Below, one piece after another: positions 1 through 9,125 of a DNA stretch of 64,000 nucleotides (positions are counted from its first letter, which is position 1; every line of letters begins with the position of its first letter). The notes below the pieces were generated by a model. It did no database searches. It worked only from the letters and a program-made list of their open reading frames with translations, and had not been told where the DNA came from. Made by a program: the position numbers and the translations under genes. This DNA is from an uncultured Alphaproteobacteria bacterium (lineage in GTDB: Bacteria; Pseudomonadota; Alphaproteobacteria; Rhodobacterales; Rhodobacteraceae), in contig CAWIIL010000003.1 in assembly GCA_963836255.1 (NCBI GenBank), positions 9,910-73,909 of the forward strand, in the 5' to 3' direction.

Positions 1-1
1 A

Positions 2-595
2 ACGATCGTCATCAAGCCGCGCAGCGAAGCGATCCTTGTCGCCGAAGCCTGCCACATGGCGTTTCCGGACTCGCGCAGCGTCTTCATGTATCGCGACCTT
101 ATCGGCTTCGCGAACTCGCTGTTCAGGTTCGTTCAGCGCGTGGACGGGCCGGAACGGTTCTTCGGCGAAAAGGAAACCTGGCGACCGTTCTGGAACATGG
201 TGATGGTCGGCGCGCCGATCGATCTGCTCGACGACGTCTTTCCACCTGACCACGGACCAGTCGGTTTCGAGGAATTCGCGACGCTGATGTGGGATCTGCG
301 GATCGACGGTTATCTGCGGGCCCTGCGGCGGGGCATGGACTTCACCGCCATTCACTACGAGGATTTCAATCAGGATCGCGCCAACGAGACCGCTCGATTG
401 CTGGCGGGCTGCGGCGTCTCGGTCGGTGAACTGGAGCGGGCGATGGCCGGCTTCATCGAGGACAGTCACAAGGGCAGCTTTGCCGCCAATGCCATCCCGG
501 CGCGCGGCATGAACGCCGATGAGGCGGCGCGGGCCACCTCGCTGCTCGCGCGCCTTGGCAGGCGAGACTACGTTGATGCTCGCCTTCCGGAGTAG
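2..595 (+). CDS. hypothetical protein, 3' part (5' end outside window)
   Basis: Frame of track ORF 56..595 stays open back to nt 2 (TIVIKPRSEAILVAEACH-M...). Strong G/C third-position bias. No family recognised by eye. Confidence 0.5.
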   Translation, partial: TIVIKPRSEAILVAEACHMAFPDSRSVFMYRDLIGFANSLFRFVQRVDGPERFFGEKETWRPFWNMVMVGAPIDLLDDVFPPDHGPVGFEEFATLMWDLRIDGYLRALRRGMDFTAIHYEDFNQDRANETARLLAGCGVSVGELERAMAGFIEDSHKGSFAANAIPARGMNADEAARATSLLARLGRRDYVDARLPE

Positions 596-599
596 CAGG

Positions 600-1604
600 C
601 TACGGTCCTCTCGGCGAACCGTTCGTCCCGCCGCGTCGCGTTGGAGCCTCGGGCGGTGAGGCCGCGGCCCGTATCGGGCCCCGCCGCTCGATCGCCAGCG
701 CGAAGTCGGCGACGTCGCGCCAGACCCCCTCTGCCTGCAGGTCGCGAAAGAGCCAGTGCCAGCCTTCTGGATAGAGCCGGAAGTCGACGGCGCCCGGCGC
801 CGTGTCGTGCACCGCCCGGATCGTCGCGGGGTCGAGCAGCTGGTCGTTGGCGCCCATGAGCGTCAGCGTCGGCAGCGTCACCCGAGGCGCCCCGGCCCTG
901 GCTGCGTCCATCACCTGGATGAGGCCGTAGAGCTCGCGGCTCGACGGGTCCGAGATCACGCGCGTGTCCTCCGCCGTCCGCCGCAGGGCCGCGATGTTGT
1001 CGGTCGGCCAGATCTCCACGACCTCGCCGCCGGTCCAGCGCCGGTCGGGAGCGGCCGCGGCCATCGCCCAGGCCGCGCCGCGCACCGCCGGATTGAGCGC
1101 GTCGCCGCCGGCGATGGCGGGCGCTGCGAGGACGAGCGCCTCCGCGTCGATCCCCCGCGCCGCGGCGGCGAGCGCGACGCCGCCTCCCATCGAATGCCCG
1201 ACGACCACGATCGGGACGCCGGGGTTGCGCGCGCGCAACTCGCGCGCCAGCGCCTGCGCGTCGGCGGCCAGCGCCTCGGCTCCGGGCCAGCGCTTGCGGC
1301 TAGGGTTTCCCCCGAAGCCGCGCAGGTCCGGGGCGACGGTGGTTATCCCCCGACCGGCCCAGTACCTGGCGGCGGCGTCGTAGGTGAGATCGCCCGCGTC
1401 GCCAAAGCCGTGCAGGGCGAGGATGATCGCGCGCTCGCGCCCCTGGGCGGGCCAGCGGGACACGCGCAGGTCGGCCAGGGACTGACCCGGCGCCGCGCCG
1501 CGGGCGGCCTGCGGCCCGGGCGGGTCCATCGGCCCGCCGGCGGCGCAGGCGGCGAGCGCCAGGGCCGCGGCGAGGATCAGGACGGTGGAACGAAGGCGGG
1601 CCAT
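600..1604 (-). CDS. alpha/beta hydrolase, probable lipoprotein (lysophospholipase-like)
   Basis: ATG at 1604 inside the artefactual 706-aa ORF. Signal peptide plus lipobox LALAAC, HG motif LALHGFG, nucleophile elbow GHSMGG. Confidence 0.8.
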   Translation of the reverse strand: MARLRSTVLILAAALALAACAAGGPMDPPGPQAARGAAPGQSLADLRVSRWPAQGRERAIILALHGFGDAGDLTYDAAARYWAGRGITTVAPDLRGFGGNPSRKRWPGAEALAADAQALARELRARNPGVPIVVVGHSMGGGVALAAAARGIDAEALVLAAPAIAGGDALNPAVRGAAWAMAAAAPDRRWTGGEVVEIWPTDNIAALRRTAEDTRVISDPSSRELYGLIQVMDAARAGAPRVTLPTLTLMGANDQLLDPATIRAVHDTAPGAVDFRLYPEGWHWLFRDLQAEGVWRDVADFALAIERRGPIRAAASPPEAPTRRGGTNGSPRGP

Positions 1605-1639
1605 GATCGCGGTGCTCCGGGGCAGGTTGGGCGAAGGTT

Positions 1640-2572
1640 CTAGGGCGTTCGGGCGGTGTGGCGATAGAGCCGTCCCAGCAGGATCGGCGTCAGATACATC
1701 GGGATCTGGTAGCATCCGATGAAGAGCAGGAGCGGATCGGTGGTCTGCGACGGCAGCGCCACGAGAAAGAGCGCGATGTTGCGGTTGCCCGCGCAGATGG
1801 CGAGCGGCGCGACGAGGCGCTCCGGGGCGCGTCCGCGCAGGGCCGCCACAGCGGCGAGCTGCAGGCCGATGTTTCCCGCGAAAGCGGCCGCGAGCGTCAA
1901 TGCAAGCAGGCCCGGGGCGGCTGTGATCGCCGGCCCGACCGCGGCCATCAGGCCGACGACGACCACGGCCATCAGCAACGCCGAAAGCCCGTCCATGGCG
2001 CGGATCGTGTCGGGGCCGGGATCGCGGAGCAGGGCCGCGCGGGCGAGAAAGCCCAGTCCTGCCGCGGCGAGGATCGACAGGAGAAGGGCGCCGGCGGTCT
2101 GGGCGACGGCCGCCGCGTCGCCCATGTCGCGTGCAAGCCAGAACACCGGGACGACGGTGACGCCCAGAAGCGCGGTGCCAACGATGAGCTGGCGCAGCGC
2201 CGGCGCCGGGTCGCTGCCGGTCATCGCCGTCAGATTGGGCGCGCCCGAGATCGGCGACGCCGCGGCCATGAGCACGAGGCCGGTGGCCACCGGACCCGTC
2301 GCCCCGACGGCGCCGAGCGCCAGCAGCATGGCCAACGGCGTCGCGACCTGAAGCGCCAGGGTCGCGGCGAGCGCGCCGCTGAGGTCGCCGAGCGCGCCAA
2401 GGGCCGCGCGCGCGCCGACGCGCAGAGCGGCGACGAAGAGCAGCGCCAGCACGAACTCGGCGATCCACGGCTTGAGCGCCGCCGCGAGATCGGGGAGCGC
2501 GAGCCCCGCGACGAGGCCGGCCACCAGGACGGCTCGCGCGTGTTGCGCGATCGCCACAAGCGCGGCGGTCAT
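1640..2572 (-). CDS. bile acid:sodium symporter (BASS)-like membrane transporter
   Basis: 310-aa polytopic hydrophobic protein. GNRNIALFL-type motif is typical of BASS/Acr3-like carriers. Confidence 0.65.
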   Translation of the reverse strand: MTAALVAIAQHARAVLVAGLVAGLALPDLAAALKPWIAEFVLALLFVAALRVGARAALGALGDLSGALAATLALQVATPLAMLLALGAVGATGPVATGLVLMAAASPISGAPNLTAMTGSDPAPALRQLIVGTALLGVTVVPVFWLARDMGDAAAVAQTAGALLLSILAAAGLGFLARAALLRDPGPDTIRAMDGLSALLMAVVVVGLMAAVGPAITAAPGLLALTLAAAFAGNIGLQLAAVAALRGRAPERLVAPLAICAGNRNIALFLVALPSQTTDPLLLFIGCYQIPMYLTPILLGRLYRHTARTP

Positions 2573-2700
2573 CGGGACGGGACGGGGCGGAAGCCAGGCC
2601 GCGCGCGCCGCCGCCCCTTGACGGCGATGTGCGCGCGCGGAGACTGGGCGCGCGTCCGATCCGGCCCGGGCTGCGGCGCGCGCAAGGCGAGGCGACGGCG

Positions 2701-3429
2701 ATGCTGGTGACGGGCGGCAAGGCGATCTACGGCGCGGCGGTGGGCGTGCTGATGCTCGAGGCGCGCTTTCCGCGCATTCCCGGCGACATGGGCAATGCGT
2801 CGAGCTGGCCCTTCCCGGTGCACTACCGGATCGTGCGCGGCGCCACGCCGGACCGGGTGGTCAACCGCCGGGCGGAGGGGCTCGCGCCGGCCTTCGTGGC
2901 GGCGGCGCGGGAGCTGGTGGCCGACGGGGTCGACGGGATAACGACGAACTGCGGGTTCCTCTCGCTGTTCCAGGCGGAGCTCGCCGCGGCGGCGGAGGTG
3001 CCGGTGGCGGCGTCCTCGCTGATGCAGGTGGCGATGGTCGAGCGGCTGCTGCCGCCGGGACGGCGGGTAGGCGTGCTGACGATCTCGGCGGCGTCGCTGT
3101 CGGCGGAGCACCTGGAGGCGGCGGGGGTTCCGCCGGGGACGCCCGTGGGCGGCGTAGATCCCGATGGGGCCTTCGCGCGGGCGATCCTGTGGGACGCGCT
3201 CGCGCTCGACGTGGACGCTGCGCGAGCGGAGAACGTGGCGGCGGCGCGCGCTCTGGTCGACGCCCATCCCGACATCGGCGCGCTGGTGCTCGAATGCACC
3301 AACATGACCCCGTACGCGCGCGACGTCCGCGCGGCGACCGGCGTGCCGGTGTTCTCCATGGACGGCTTCATCCGCTGGTTCCAGTCGGGTCTGGAGCCGC
3401 GGGCGTTCCCGCCTCCAGAGCCGCGATGA
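2701..3429 (+). CDS. Asp/Glu/hydantoin racemase-family protein
   Basis: Start taken at ATG 2701 (MLVTGGKAIYGAAVGVLMLE...). Motifs ITTNCGF and LVLECTNM match the two catalytic Cys segments of this family. Confidence 0.7.
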   Translation: MLVTGGKAIYGAAVGVLMLEARFPRIPGDMGNASSWPFPVHYRIVRGATPDRVVNRRAEGLAPAFVAAARELVADGVDGITTNCGFLSLFQAELAAAAEVPVAASSLMQVAMVERLLPPGRRVGVLTISAASLSAEHLEAAGVPPGTPVGGVDPDGAFARAILWDALALDVDAARAENVAAARALVDAHPDIGALVLECTNMTPYARDVRAATGVPVFSMDGFIRWFQSGLEPRAFPPPEPR

Positions 3430-4072
3430 GCCGGGCCGCCTCCGCGGCGCAGGGGGTGAGCGCGGACGGGTCCTCGCCGGGATAGAACCGGGCCCGGAGC
3501 GCGGTGGGCATCGGGCGCGGGACGAAGAGCGTGACTGCCGGGCCGATGCGCGCGCTCTCCGCCGCCCAGGAGCGCGCCAGGGCGTCGGCGGCCGCCTTGG
3601 TCGCGCCGTAGGCTCCGTAGAAGGGCTGGCCGGCGCGGTCGTCGGTGACGTGCACGAAGCGGCCTGCTGGCGCGGCCAGCAGGAGCGGGGCCACCATCAC
3701 CGCAAGCAGGCGGGTTCCGCCGATGTTGATTTCGGCGCTCTGCTCGAAGTCGCGCGGGTCAATGTTTGGGACCGGGGCGCGGGGCGGGGCGTGCGCGGCG
3801 CAGTGCACGACGATGTCGAGCCGGCCCCAGCGCTCGTGCACGGCGAGGCAGAGGCGTTGCATGCCGCCCTCGTCGGTGAGCGACAGCGGCGCCAGCGTCG
3901 GGTTCGGTCCACCGGCGGCCAGGATATCGTCGGCGAGATCCTCGAGCCCGCCGACGGTGCGCGCCAGCGCGATCACCTGCGCCCCGGAGGCGCCGAGTGC
4001 GCGCGCGACGGCGTATCCGAGGCCCCGGCTCGCGCCGGTGACGAGCGCGACCGTGCGATCGGCTTCGCTCAC
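3368..4072 (-). CDS. SDR-family oxidoreductase
   Basis: TGASRGLG cofactor motif and YGATKAA active-site motif. GTG start overlaps the purF stop (GTGA). Confidence 0.85.
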   Translation of the reverse strand: MSEADRTVALVTGASRGLGYAVARALGASGAQVIALARTVGGLEDLADDILAAGGPNPTLAPLSLTDEGGMQRLCLAVHERWGRLDIVVHCAAHAPPRAPVPNIDPRDFEQSAEINIGGTRLLAVMVAPLLLAAPAGRFVHVTDDRAGQPFYGAYGATKAAADALARSWAAESARIGPAVTLFVPRPMPTALRARFYPGEDPSALTPCAAEAARLIAALEAGTPAAPDPTGTSG

Positions 4073-5526
4073 GCGGGAACCCGGATCCGGAAGCCCTTCT
4101 CGATCCGGTCCAGCGGCGCGATCGGATAGTCCCCGGAGAAGCAGGCGTCGCAGAACTGCGGGCTCGCGGCGTCGCGGCCTTCCGATTCCCCGCAGGCGCG
4201 ATAGAGGCCGTCGAGGCTGACGAAGCGCAGGCTGTCAACACCGATGAGAGCGCGCATTTCTTCCTCGTTCATGGTGGCGGCGATGAGTTTCTCGCGCTCG
4301 GGCGTGTCGACGCCGTAGAAACATGGCCACTGGGTCGGGGGCGAGGCGATGCGGAAGTGCACTTCGGCAGCACCTGCGTCGAGCACCATTTCGCGAATCT
4401 TCTGGCTGGTGGTGCCGCGCACAACGCTGTCGTCGACGAGCACGATGCGCTTGCCAGCGATCACCGCGCGGTTGACGTTGAGTTTCAGCCGCACGCCCAT
4501 GTTGCGGATCTGCTCGGTCGGCTCGATGAAGGTGCGGCCCATGTACTGGTTGCGGATGATCCCCATGGCGTAGGGGATGCCGCTCTCCTGGGAGTAGCCG
4601 ATGGCCGCAGGCGTGCCGCTGTCGGGGACCGGGCAGACGAGGTCGGCCTCGACGGGCGCCTCGCGGGCGAGCTCGACGCCGATGCGGCGGCGGGTCTCGT
4701 AGACCGAGGCGCCGCCGATGACGCTGTCGGGGCGCGAGAAGTAGACGTGCTCGAAGATGCAGAACCGCGGCTTGACCCGGTCGAAGGGAAAGAAGCTCTC
4801 CACGCCGCTGGCGGTGCAGATCACCATCTCGCCGGGCGCGACCTCGCGGACGAATTCTGCCCCGATGATGTCAAAGGCGCAGGTCTCCGAGGACAGCGCC
4901 CAGCCGTCGCCGACCTGCCCGAGCATCAGCGGCCGCACGCCGAGCGCGTCGCGCACGCCAATCAGCTTGGAGCGCGTCATCGCCACGATCGAAAAGGCGC
5001 CCTCGACGCGGCGCAGCGCGTCCTTCATGCGCTCGGGGATGTTCTTCTGGATCGAGCGCGCCATCAGGTGGATGATGCACTCGGTGTCCGAGGAGGACTG
5101 GAAGATCGAGCCGCGGCCGATCAACTCCTGGCGCAGACTGTCTGCGTTGGTGATGTTGCCGTTGTGCGCGATGGCGCATCCGCCCATGGCGAATTCGGCG
5201 AAGAGCGGCTGGACGTCGCGGATCGCGGTCGTGCCCTTGGCGCCTGCGGTCGAGTAGCGCACGTGGCCGATGGCGATCTCGCCGGGCAACTGGCTCATGA
5301 CGTCGGGCTTGGTGAAGGTGTCGCGCACGTAGCCGAAGCGGCGCACCTGGCAGAAGCCGCTCTCGGGCGTGTAGGAGACGATCCCGCCTGCCTCCTGGCC
5401 GCGGTGCTGGAGCGCGTGCAGGCCCAGCGTCACGAAGTTCGCGGCGTCCTGGACCCCGATCGCCCCGAAGACGCCGCATTCCTCGTGCAGCTTGTCGTCG
5501 TCGAAGGGGTGCGATCCCAGAGCCAT
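4069..5526 (-). CDS. purF: amidophosphoribosyltransferase
   Basis: ATG 5526 inside the 1162-aa artefactual ORF. Ntn-amidotransferase N-terminus HEECGVFG, PRTase loop IVLVDDSVVRGTT, 485 aa. Confidence 0.95.
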   Translation of the reverse strand: MALGSHPFDDDKLHEECGVFGAIGVQDAANFVTLGLHALQHRGQEAGGIVSYTPESGFCQVRRFGYVRDTFTKPDVMSQLPGEIAIGHVRYSTAGAKGTTAIRDVQPLFAEFAMGGCAIAHNGNITNADSLRQELIGRGSIFQSSSDTECIIHLMARSIQKNIPERMKDALRRVEGAFSIVAMTRSKLIGVRDALGVRPLMLGQVGDGWALSSETCAFDIIGAEFVREVAPGEMVICTASGVESFFPFDRVKPRFCIFEHVYFSRPDSVIGGASVYETRRRIGVELAREAPVEADLVCPVPDSGTPAAIGYSQESGIPYAMGIIRNQYMGRTFIEPTEQIRNMGVRLKLNVNRAVIAGKRIVLVDDSVVRGTTSQKIREMVLDAGAAEVHFRIASPPTQWPCFYGVDTPEREKLIAATMNEEEMRALIGVDSLRFVSLDGLYRACGESEGRDAASPQFCDACFSGDYPIAPLDRIEKGFRIRVPA

Positions 5527-5603
5527 CGGAGTCCCTTTCGAGAAGCGCCCTCTGACGATATAGGGCCGCGGGGCGTCGATGAAAACGCCCGATGCGCCTT
5601 CCT

Positions 5604-6167
5604 TCACTGGCAGTTGGCGTTGAGCTGGTCCCACCGTTCGGTGATCCAGTCGACGTTTTCGGGAAGCAGTGCTGCGAGCTGCGCCTCCACGCCCGCGAAG
5701 ACCGCGGCGCTGCGGCTCGCCTCGACGGCGGCAACCCCGCCCTCGCCATCGGGACCGGCGCCGAGAGCGCGGCTGTAGATCGCGAGCGCGATGGCGACGA
5801 GCAGCACGCCGCGCGCCACCCCGAACAGCAACCCGAGCCCCTGGTCCACGGGTCCGATCGCAGAATTCTGCACGGCGGAGGACAGAACCGGCGTAAAGAG
5901 TGAGACCACGATCAGCGCCACGGCGAAGACCACCGCGAAGCCCGCGAGGACGCCGAGCTCGCAGTTTGTTCCGATGACGTCGCGCAGCACCGGCACTTCG
6001 CGCATCAGCGGCTCGAGGCTCGGACCGAACACGAACGCCGCGACCGCCGCTGCGATCCAGCCAAGGATCGACAGCGTCTCGCGCACGAGGCCGCGGGAAT
6101 AGGCGAGCAGCGCCGAGATCACGATGACGGCGAGCACGACGCCGTCCACCCAGGTGAAACCTTCCAT
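5604..6167 (-). CDS. cvpA: CvpA-family membrane protein
   Basis: MEGFTWVDGVVLAVIVISALLAYSRG N-terminus and multiple TM helices. Conserved position between radA and purF. Track start 6173 is TTG; ATG 6167 preferred. Confidence 0.85.
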   Translation of the reverse strand: MEGFTWVDGVVLAVIVISALLAYSRGLVRETLSILGWIAAAVAAFVFGPSLEPLMREVPVLRDVIGTNCELGVLAGFAVVFAVALIVVSLFTPVLSSAVQNSAIGPVDQGLGLLFGVARGVLLVAIALAIYSRALGAGPDGEGGVAAVEASRSAAVFAGVEAQLAALLPENVDWITERWDQLNANCQ

Positions 6168-6179
6168 GCGCAACAGTTC

Positions 6180-7557
6180 CTAGCCGTCGATCACGCCAAG
6201 GCTCTTCTCTATGAATGAGCGCAGGTCCGCAACCTCGTGAATCGTCATGCGTCGCGACTTGGCGGATGCGGCGCGGGGCGGGGTGAAGGCCTGGGCGAAT
6301 CCGAGCTTCTCGGCCTCGCCGAGCCGGGCGTCGGCCTGGGCGATCGGGCGGAGCGCGCCGGACAGGCTGATCTCGCCGAAGATCACCGCGTCGGCGGGAA
6401 CCGGCCTGCCGGTGCGCGCCGAGACCAGCGCCGCGGCGACGGCGAGATCGGCCGCGGGTTCGCTGAGCCGGAGCCCGCCGGCGATGTTGAGATAGACGTC
6501 GAGCCCGGCGAAGCTCAGGCCGCAGCGCGCGTCGAGCACGGCGAGCACCGTGGCCATCCGGCCGGCGTCCCAACCCACGACCGCGCGCCGCGGCGTGCCC
6601 AGCGCCGAGGGCGCCACCAGGGCCTGGACTTCGACGAGGACCGGGCGCGACCCTTCGATGCCGGCGAAGACCGCCGATCCCGGGGCCGGAGCCTCGCGCT
6701 CGGAGAGAAAGTGCGCGGAGGGGTCGGCGACCTCGCGCAGGCCGGTCCCGGTCATCTCGAAGACGCCGATCTCGTCCACCGAGCCGAAGCGGTTCTTGAC
6801 CGCGCGCAGGATGCGAAACTGGTGCCCGCGCTCGCCCTCGAAATAGAGCACGGTGTCGACCATGTGCTCGATGACGCGCGGGCCGGCGATCGATCCTTCC
6901 TTGGTGACGTGCCCGACCAGGAACACCGGCACCCCGGTGCGCTTGGCGAAGCTGACGAGCTCCTGTGCTGCGCCGCGCACCTGTCCCACCGAGCCGGGCG
7001 CGCCGGCGCTGGCCTCCGACCAGACGGTCTGGATCGAATTCGACGATTGCGAGCGGCGGGCGCTCGGCGTCGAGGGTCGCGAGGATGTCGGCAAGGCCGG
7101 TCTCGGCCGCGAGGCGGACCGGTGCGGCGTCCAGTCCCAGCCGGGCGGCGCGTAGTCGGATCTGCGCGACCGCCTCCTCCCCGGAGATGTAGATCGGCTG
7201 GCGCTCGGGGCCGGCGAAGGCCGCGGCCGCCTGGAGGAGCAGCGTGGACTTGCCGATGCCGGGATCGCCGCCGACGAGGGTGGCTGAGCCCGCCACCAGG
7301 CCGCCGCCGAGCACGCGGTCGAATTCGCCGACGCCGCTCTCGAGGCGCGGCTCCTCGCGGTCGGCGCCGCGCAGGCCGGTCAGCGCGACCACCCGGCCCG
7401 CCGCACCCGCAGAAAGCCCGTCTCCGGGTCCGCCGAAGGGCCGCGCCGCCTGTTCGGAGATGGCGTTCCAGGCCCCGCAGACGTCGCAGCGTCCCGCCCA
7501 CTTGGCCGAGCGCGCCCCGCAGTCGGCGCAGACAAACTGGGGCGCGCGCCGGCTCAT
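6180..7557 (-). pseudogene. radA: DNA repair protein RadA, disrupted by a 1-nt insertion near 7036-7041
   Basis: N-terminal part (Zn-finger CADCG...CDVCG, Walker A GDPGIGKST) is in the frame starting at 7557. The DSIQ, KNRFG and Lon-like parts are in the frame ending at 6180. The span is 1378 nt (3n+1). Confidence 0.85.
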
Positions 7558-8321
7558 CGCAGCGTCATGATCGGGCCGTCGGCGCTGCCGGCGACGAACT
7601 GGCGCAGATAGGGATTGTCGGAGGACGCGATCCCGGACGCGGGTCCCGACCAGCGCAACGTGCCATCGTGGAGCATCGCGACGCTGTCGGCGATCGTCTC
7701 CACCGTGCGCATGTCGTGGGTGATGGTGACCGCGGTCGCGCCCATCTCGGTGACGATCTCGCGGATGAGCTCGTTGATGACCCCCGACATGATCGGGTCG
7801 AGACCGGTGGTCGGCTCGTCGAAGAAGATCACCTCCGGGTCGGTCGCGATGGCGCGGGCGAGCCCGACGCGCTTCTGCATTCCGCCCGAGAGCTCGGAGG
7901 GATAGAGGTCGGCCGTCTCCGGGCCGAGCCCGACCCGGCGCAGCTTGTCGATCGCGCGGGCGCGGGCCTCGGGCCGCGACAGCCGCATATCTCCGTGCTC
8001 GAAGCGGAACGCGACGTTGCGCCAGACCGGCAGGCTGTCAAAGAGCGCGGCGCCCTGAAACAGCATGCCGAAGCGGCGCAGGAAGCCCGTGCGCCGCCGG
8101 CGGTCGAGCGGGGCCCCGTCGAAGAGCACCTCGCCACTGTCGGGGTGCAGGATCCCCAGGATGCACTTGAGCAGGACCGACTTGCCGGTGCCCGAGCCGC
8201 CGATCACCACGAGGCTCTGTCCGCGCGGAACCGACAGGTCGACGCCCTCGAGCACCGTCTTGCCCTCGAAGGCCTTGCTGAGATCGCGGACCTCGATCCG
8301 CGGGGGCGACGCCTGGGTCAA
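7554..8321 (-). CDS. mlaF: ABC transporter ATP-binding protein, MlaF-like
   Basis: Walker A GGSGTGKS, signature LSGGMQKR, Walker B IFFDEPT. TTG start overlaps the mlaE stop (TTGA). Its stop overlaps the radA start (ATGA). Confidence 0.85.
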   Translation of the reverse strand: MTQASPPRIEVRDLSKAFEGKTVLEGVDLSVPRGQSLVVIGGSGTGKSVLLKCILGILHPDSGEVLFDGAPLDRRRRTGFLRRFGMLFQGAALFDSLPVWRNVAFRFEHGDMRLSRPEARARAIDKLRRVGLGPETADLYPSELSGGMQKRVGLARAIATDPEVIFFDEPTTGLDPIMSGVINELIREIVTEMGATAVTITHDMRTVETIADSVAMLHDGTLRWSGPASGIASSDNPYLRQFVAGSADGPIMTLR

Positions 8322-9106
8322 AAGAACGCCTCGGTGAGGACGTAGTTGGCCGCGAGGATCAGGATCGAAGCTGAGACGACCGCGTTGGTTGTCGCCCGGC
8401 CGACGCCCTGCGCGCCGCGGCCCGAACTGTAGCCGTTGTAGCAGCCCATCAGCGCCAGGATGAAGCCGAAGACCGCCGCCTTGACCAGGCCGGAGATCAC
8501 GTCGCCTGGCTCGAGGAAGTCGAGCGTGTTGCGAATGTAGGTGCCCGGGTCGAAGCCGAGCCGCGCCACGCCGATCAGGTAGCCGCCAAAAATGCCGATG
8601 ATGTCGCCCACAAGCACCAGCCCCGGCATCGCCACGGTCGCGGCCAGAAGGCGCGGGGCGACGAGATACTGCATCGGTTCGGTGGAGAGGGTGGTGAGCG
8701 CGTCGATCTGTTCGGTGACGCGCATGGTGCCGATTTCCGCGGCGATCGACGAGGCGACCCGGCCCGCGACCATCAGCCCGCCGAGCACGGGCCCAAGCTC
8801 GCGCACGATGCCGATGGCCACGATGGAGGGCACGACGGTCTCGGCGCTGAACCGCGCGCCGCCGGCGTAGATCTGCAGCGCCAGCGCCGCGCCGGTGAAG
8901 AGCGCGGTCAGCCCGACGACCGGGAGCGAGAAGTAGCCGATCCGGGCGAACTGGGTGGCGATCTCGGCGAGGTAGAAGGGCGGGCGGACCAGATGGGCCA
9001 GCGCGGAGGCGGTGAAGAGCGTCACGCGCCCGGTCGTTGCGACCAGCGAGAGCACGCTGCGCCCGATGGAGGCGAGAAAGCCGGTGAGAAGGCCGAAGGC
9101 TTGCAT
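8318..9106 (-). CDS. mlaE: ABC transporter permease, MlaE-like
   Basis: 262-aa multi-TM permease of MlaE/YrbE type. ATG 9106 lies 19 nt after the alr stop. The longer track ORF would overlap alr. Confidence 0.85.
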   Translation of the reverse strand: MQAFGLLTGFLASIGRSVLSLVATTGRVTLFTASALAHLVRPPFYLAEIATQFARIGYFSLPVVGLTALFTGAALALQIYAGGARFSAETVVPSIVAIGIVRELGPVLGGLMVAGRVASSIAAEIGTMRVTEQIDALTTLSTEPMQYLVAPRLLAATVAMPGLVLVGDIIGIFGGYLIGVARLGFDPGTYIRNTLDFLEPGDVISGLVKAAVFGFILALMGCYNGYSSGRGAQGVGRATTNAVVSASILILAANYVLTEAFF

Positions 9107-9125
9107 CGATGACCCGGATCCGAGG

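Noticed and set aside
600-2720. 706-aa ORF spanning the hydrolase gene and the antisense of the transporter gene
   Set aside because: The N-terminal 370 aa are Arg/Pro/Gly-rich translation of the opposite strand of a real membrane-protein gene. The true start is ATG 1604, with signal peptide and lipobox.
7030-7045. Programmed ribosomal frameshift in radA
   Set aside because: There is no slippery heptamer, no known precedent for radA, and the required shift is +1 at GUC GAA UUC. An indel (real or technical) is the simpler explanation.
4069-7557. 1162-aa ORF apparently fusing radA, cvpA region and purF
   Set aside because: After the radA frameshift the frame simply stays open through out-of-frame high-GC sequence until it meets purF. 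Only the two ends are homologous to real proteins.
6237-8345. Long antisense ORFs such as 6237..8345, 10224..11033, 11811..13628, 24027..25016, 26709..27911, 45164..46819, 56282..57655, 59067..60371
   Set aside because: They lie opposite well-supported genes and have Arg/Gly/Ala/Pro-dominated low-complexity translations with no motifs. This is the typical stop-codon-poor artefact of high-GC DNA.
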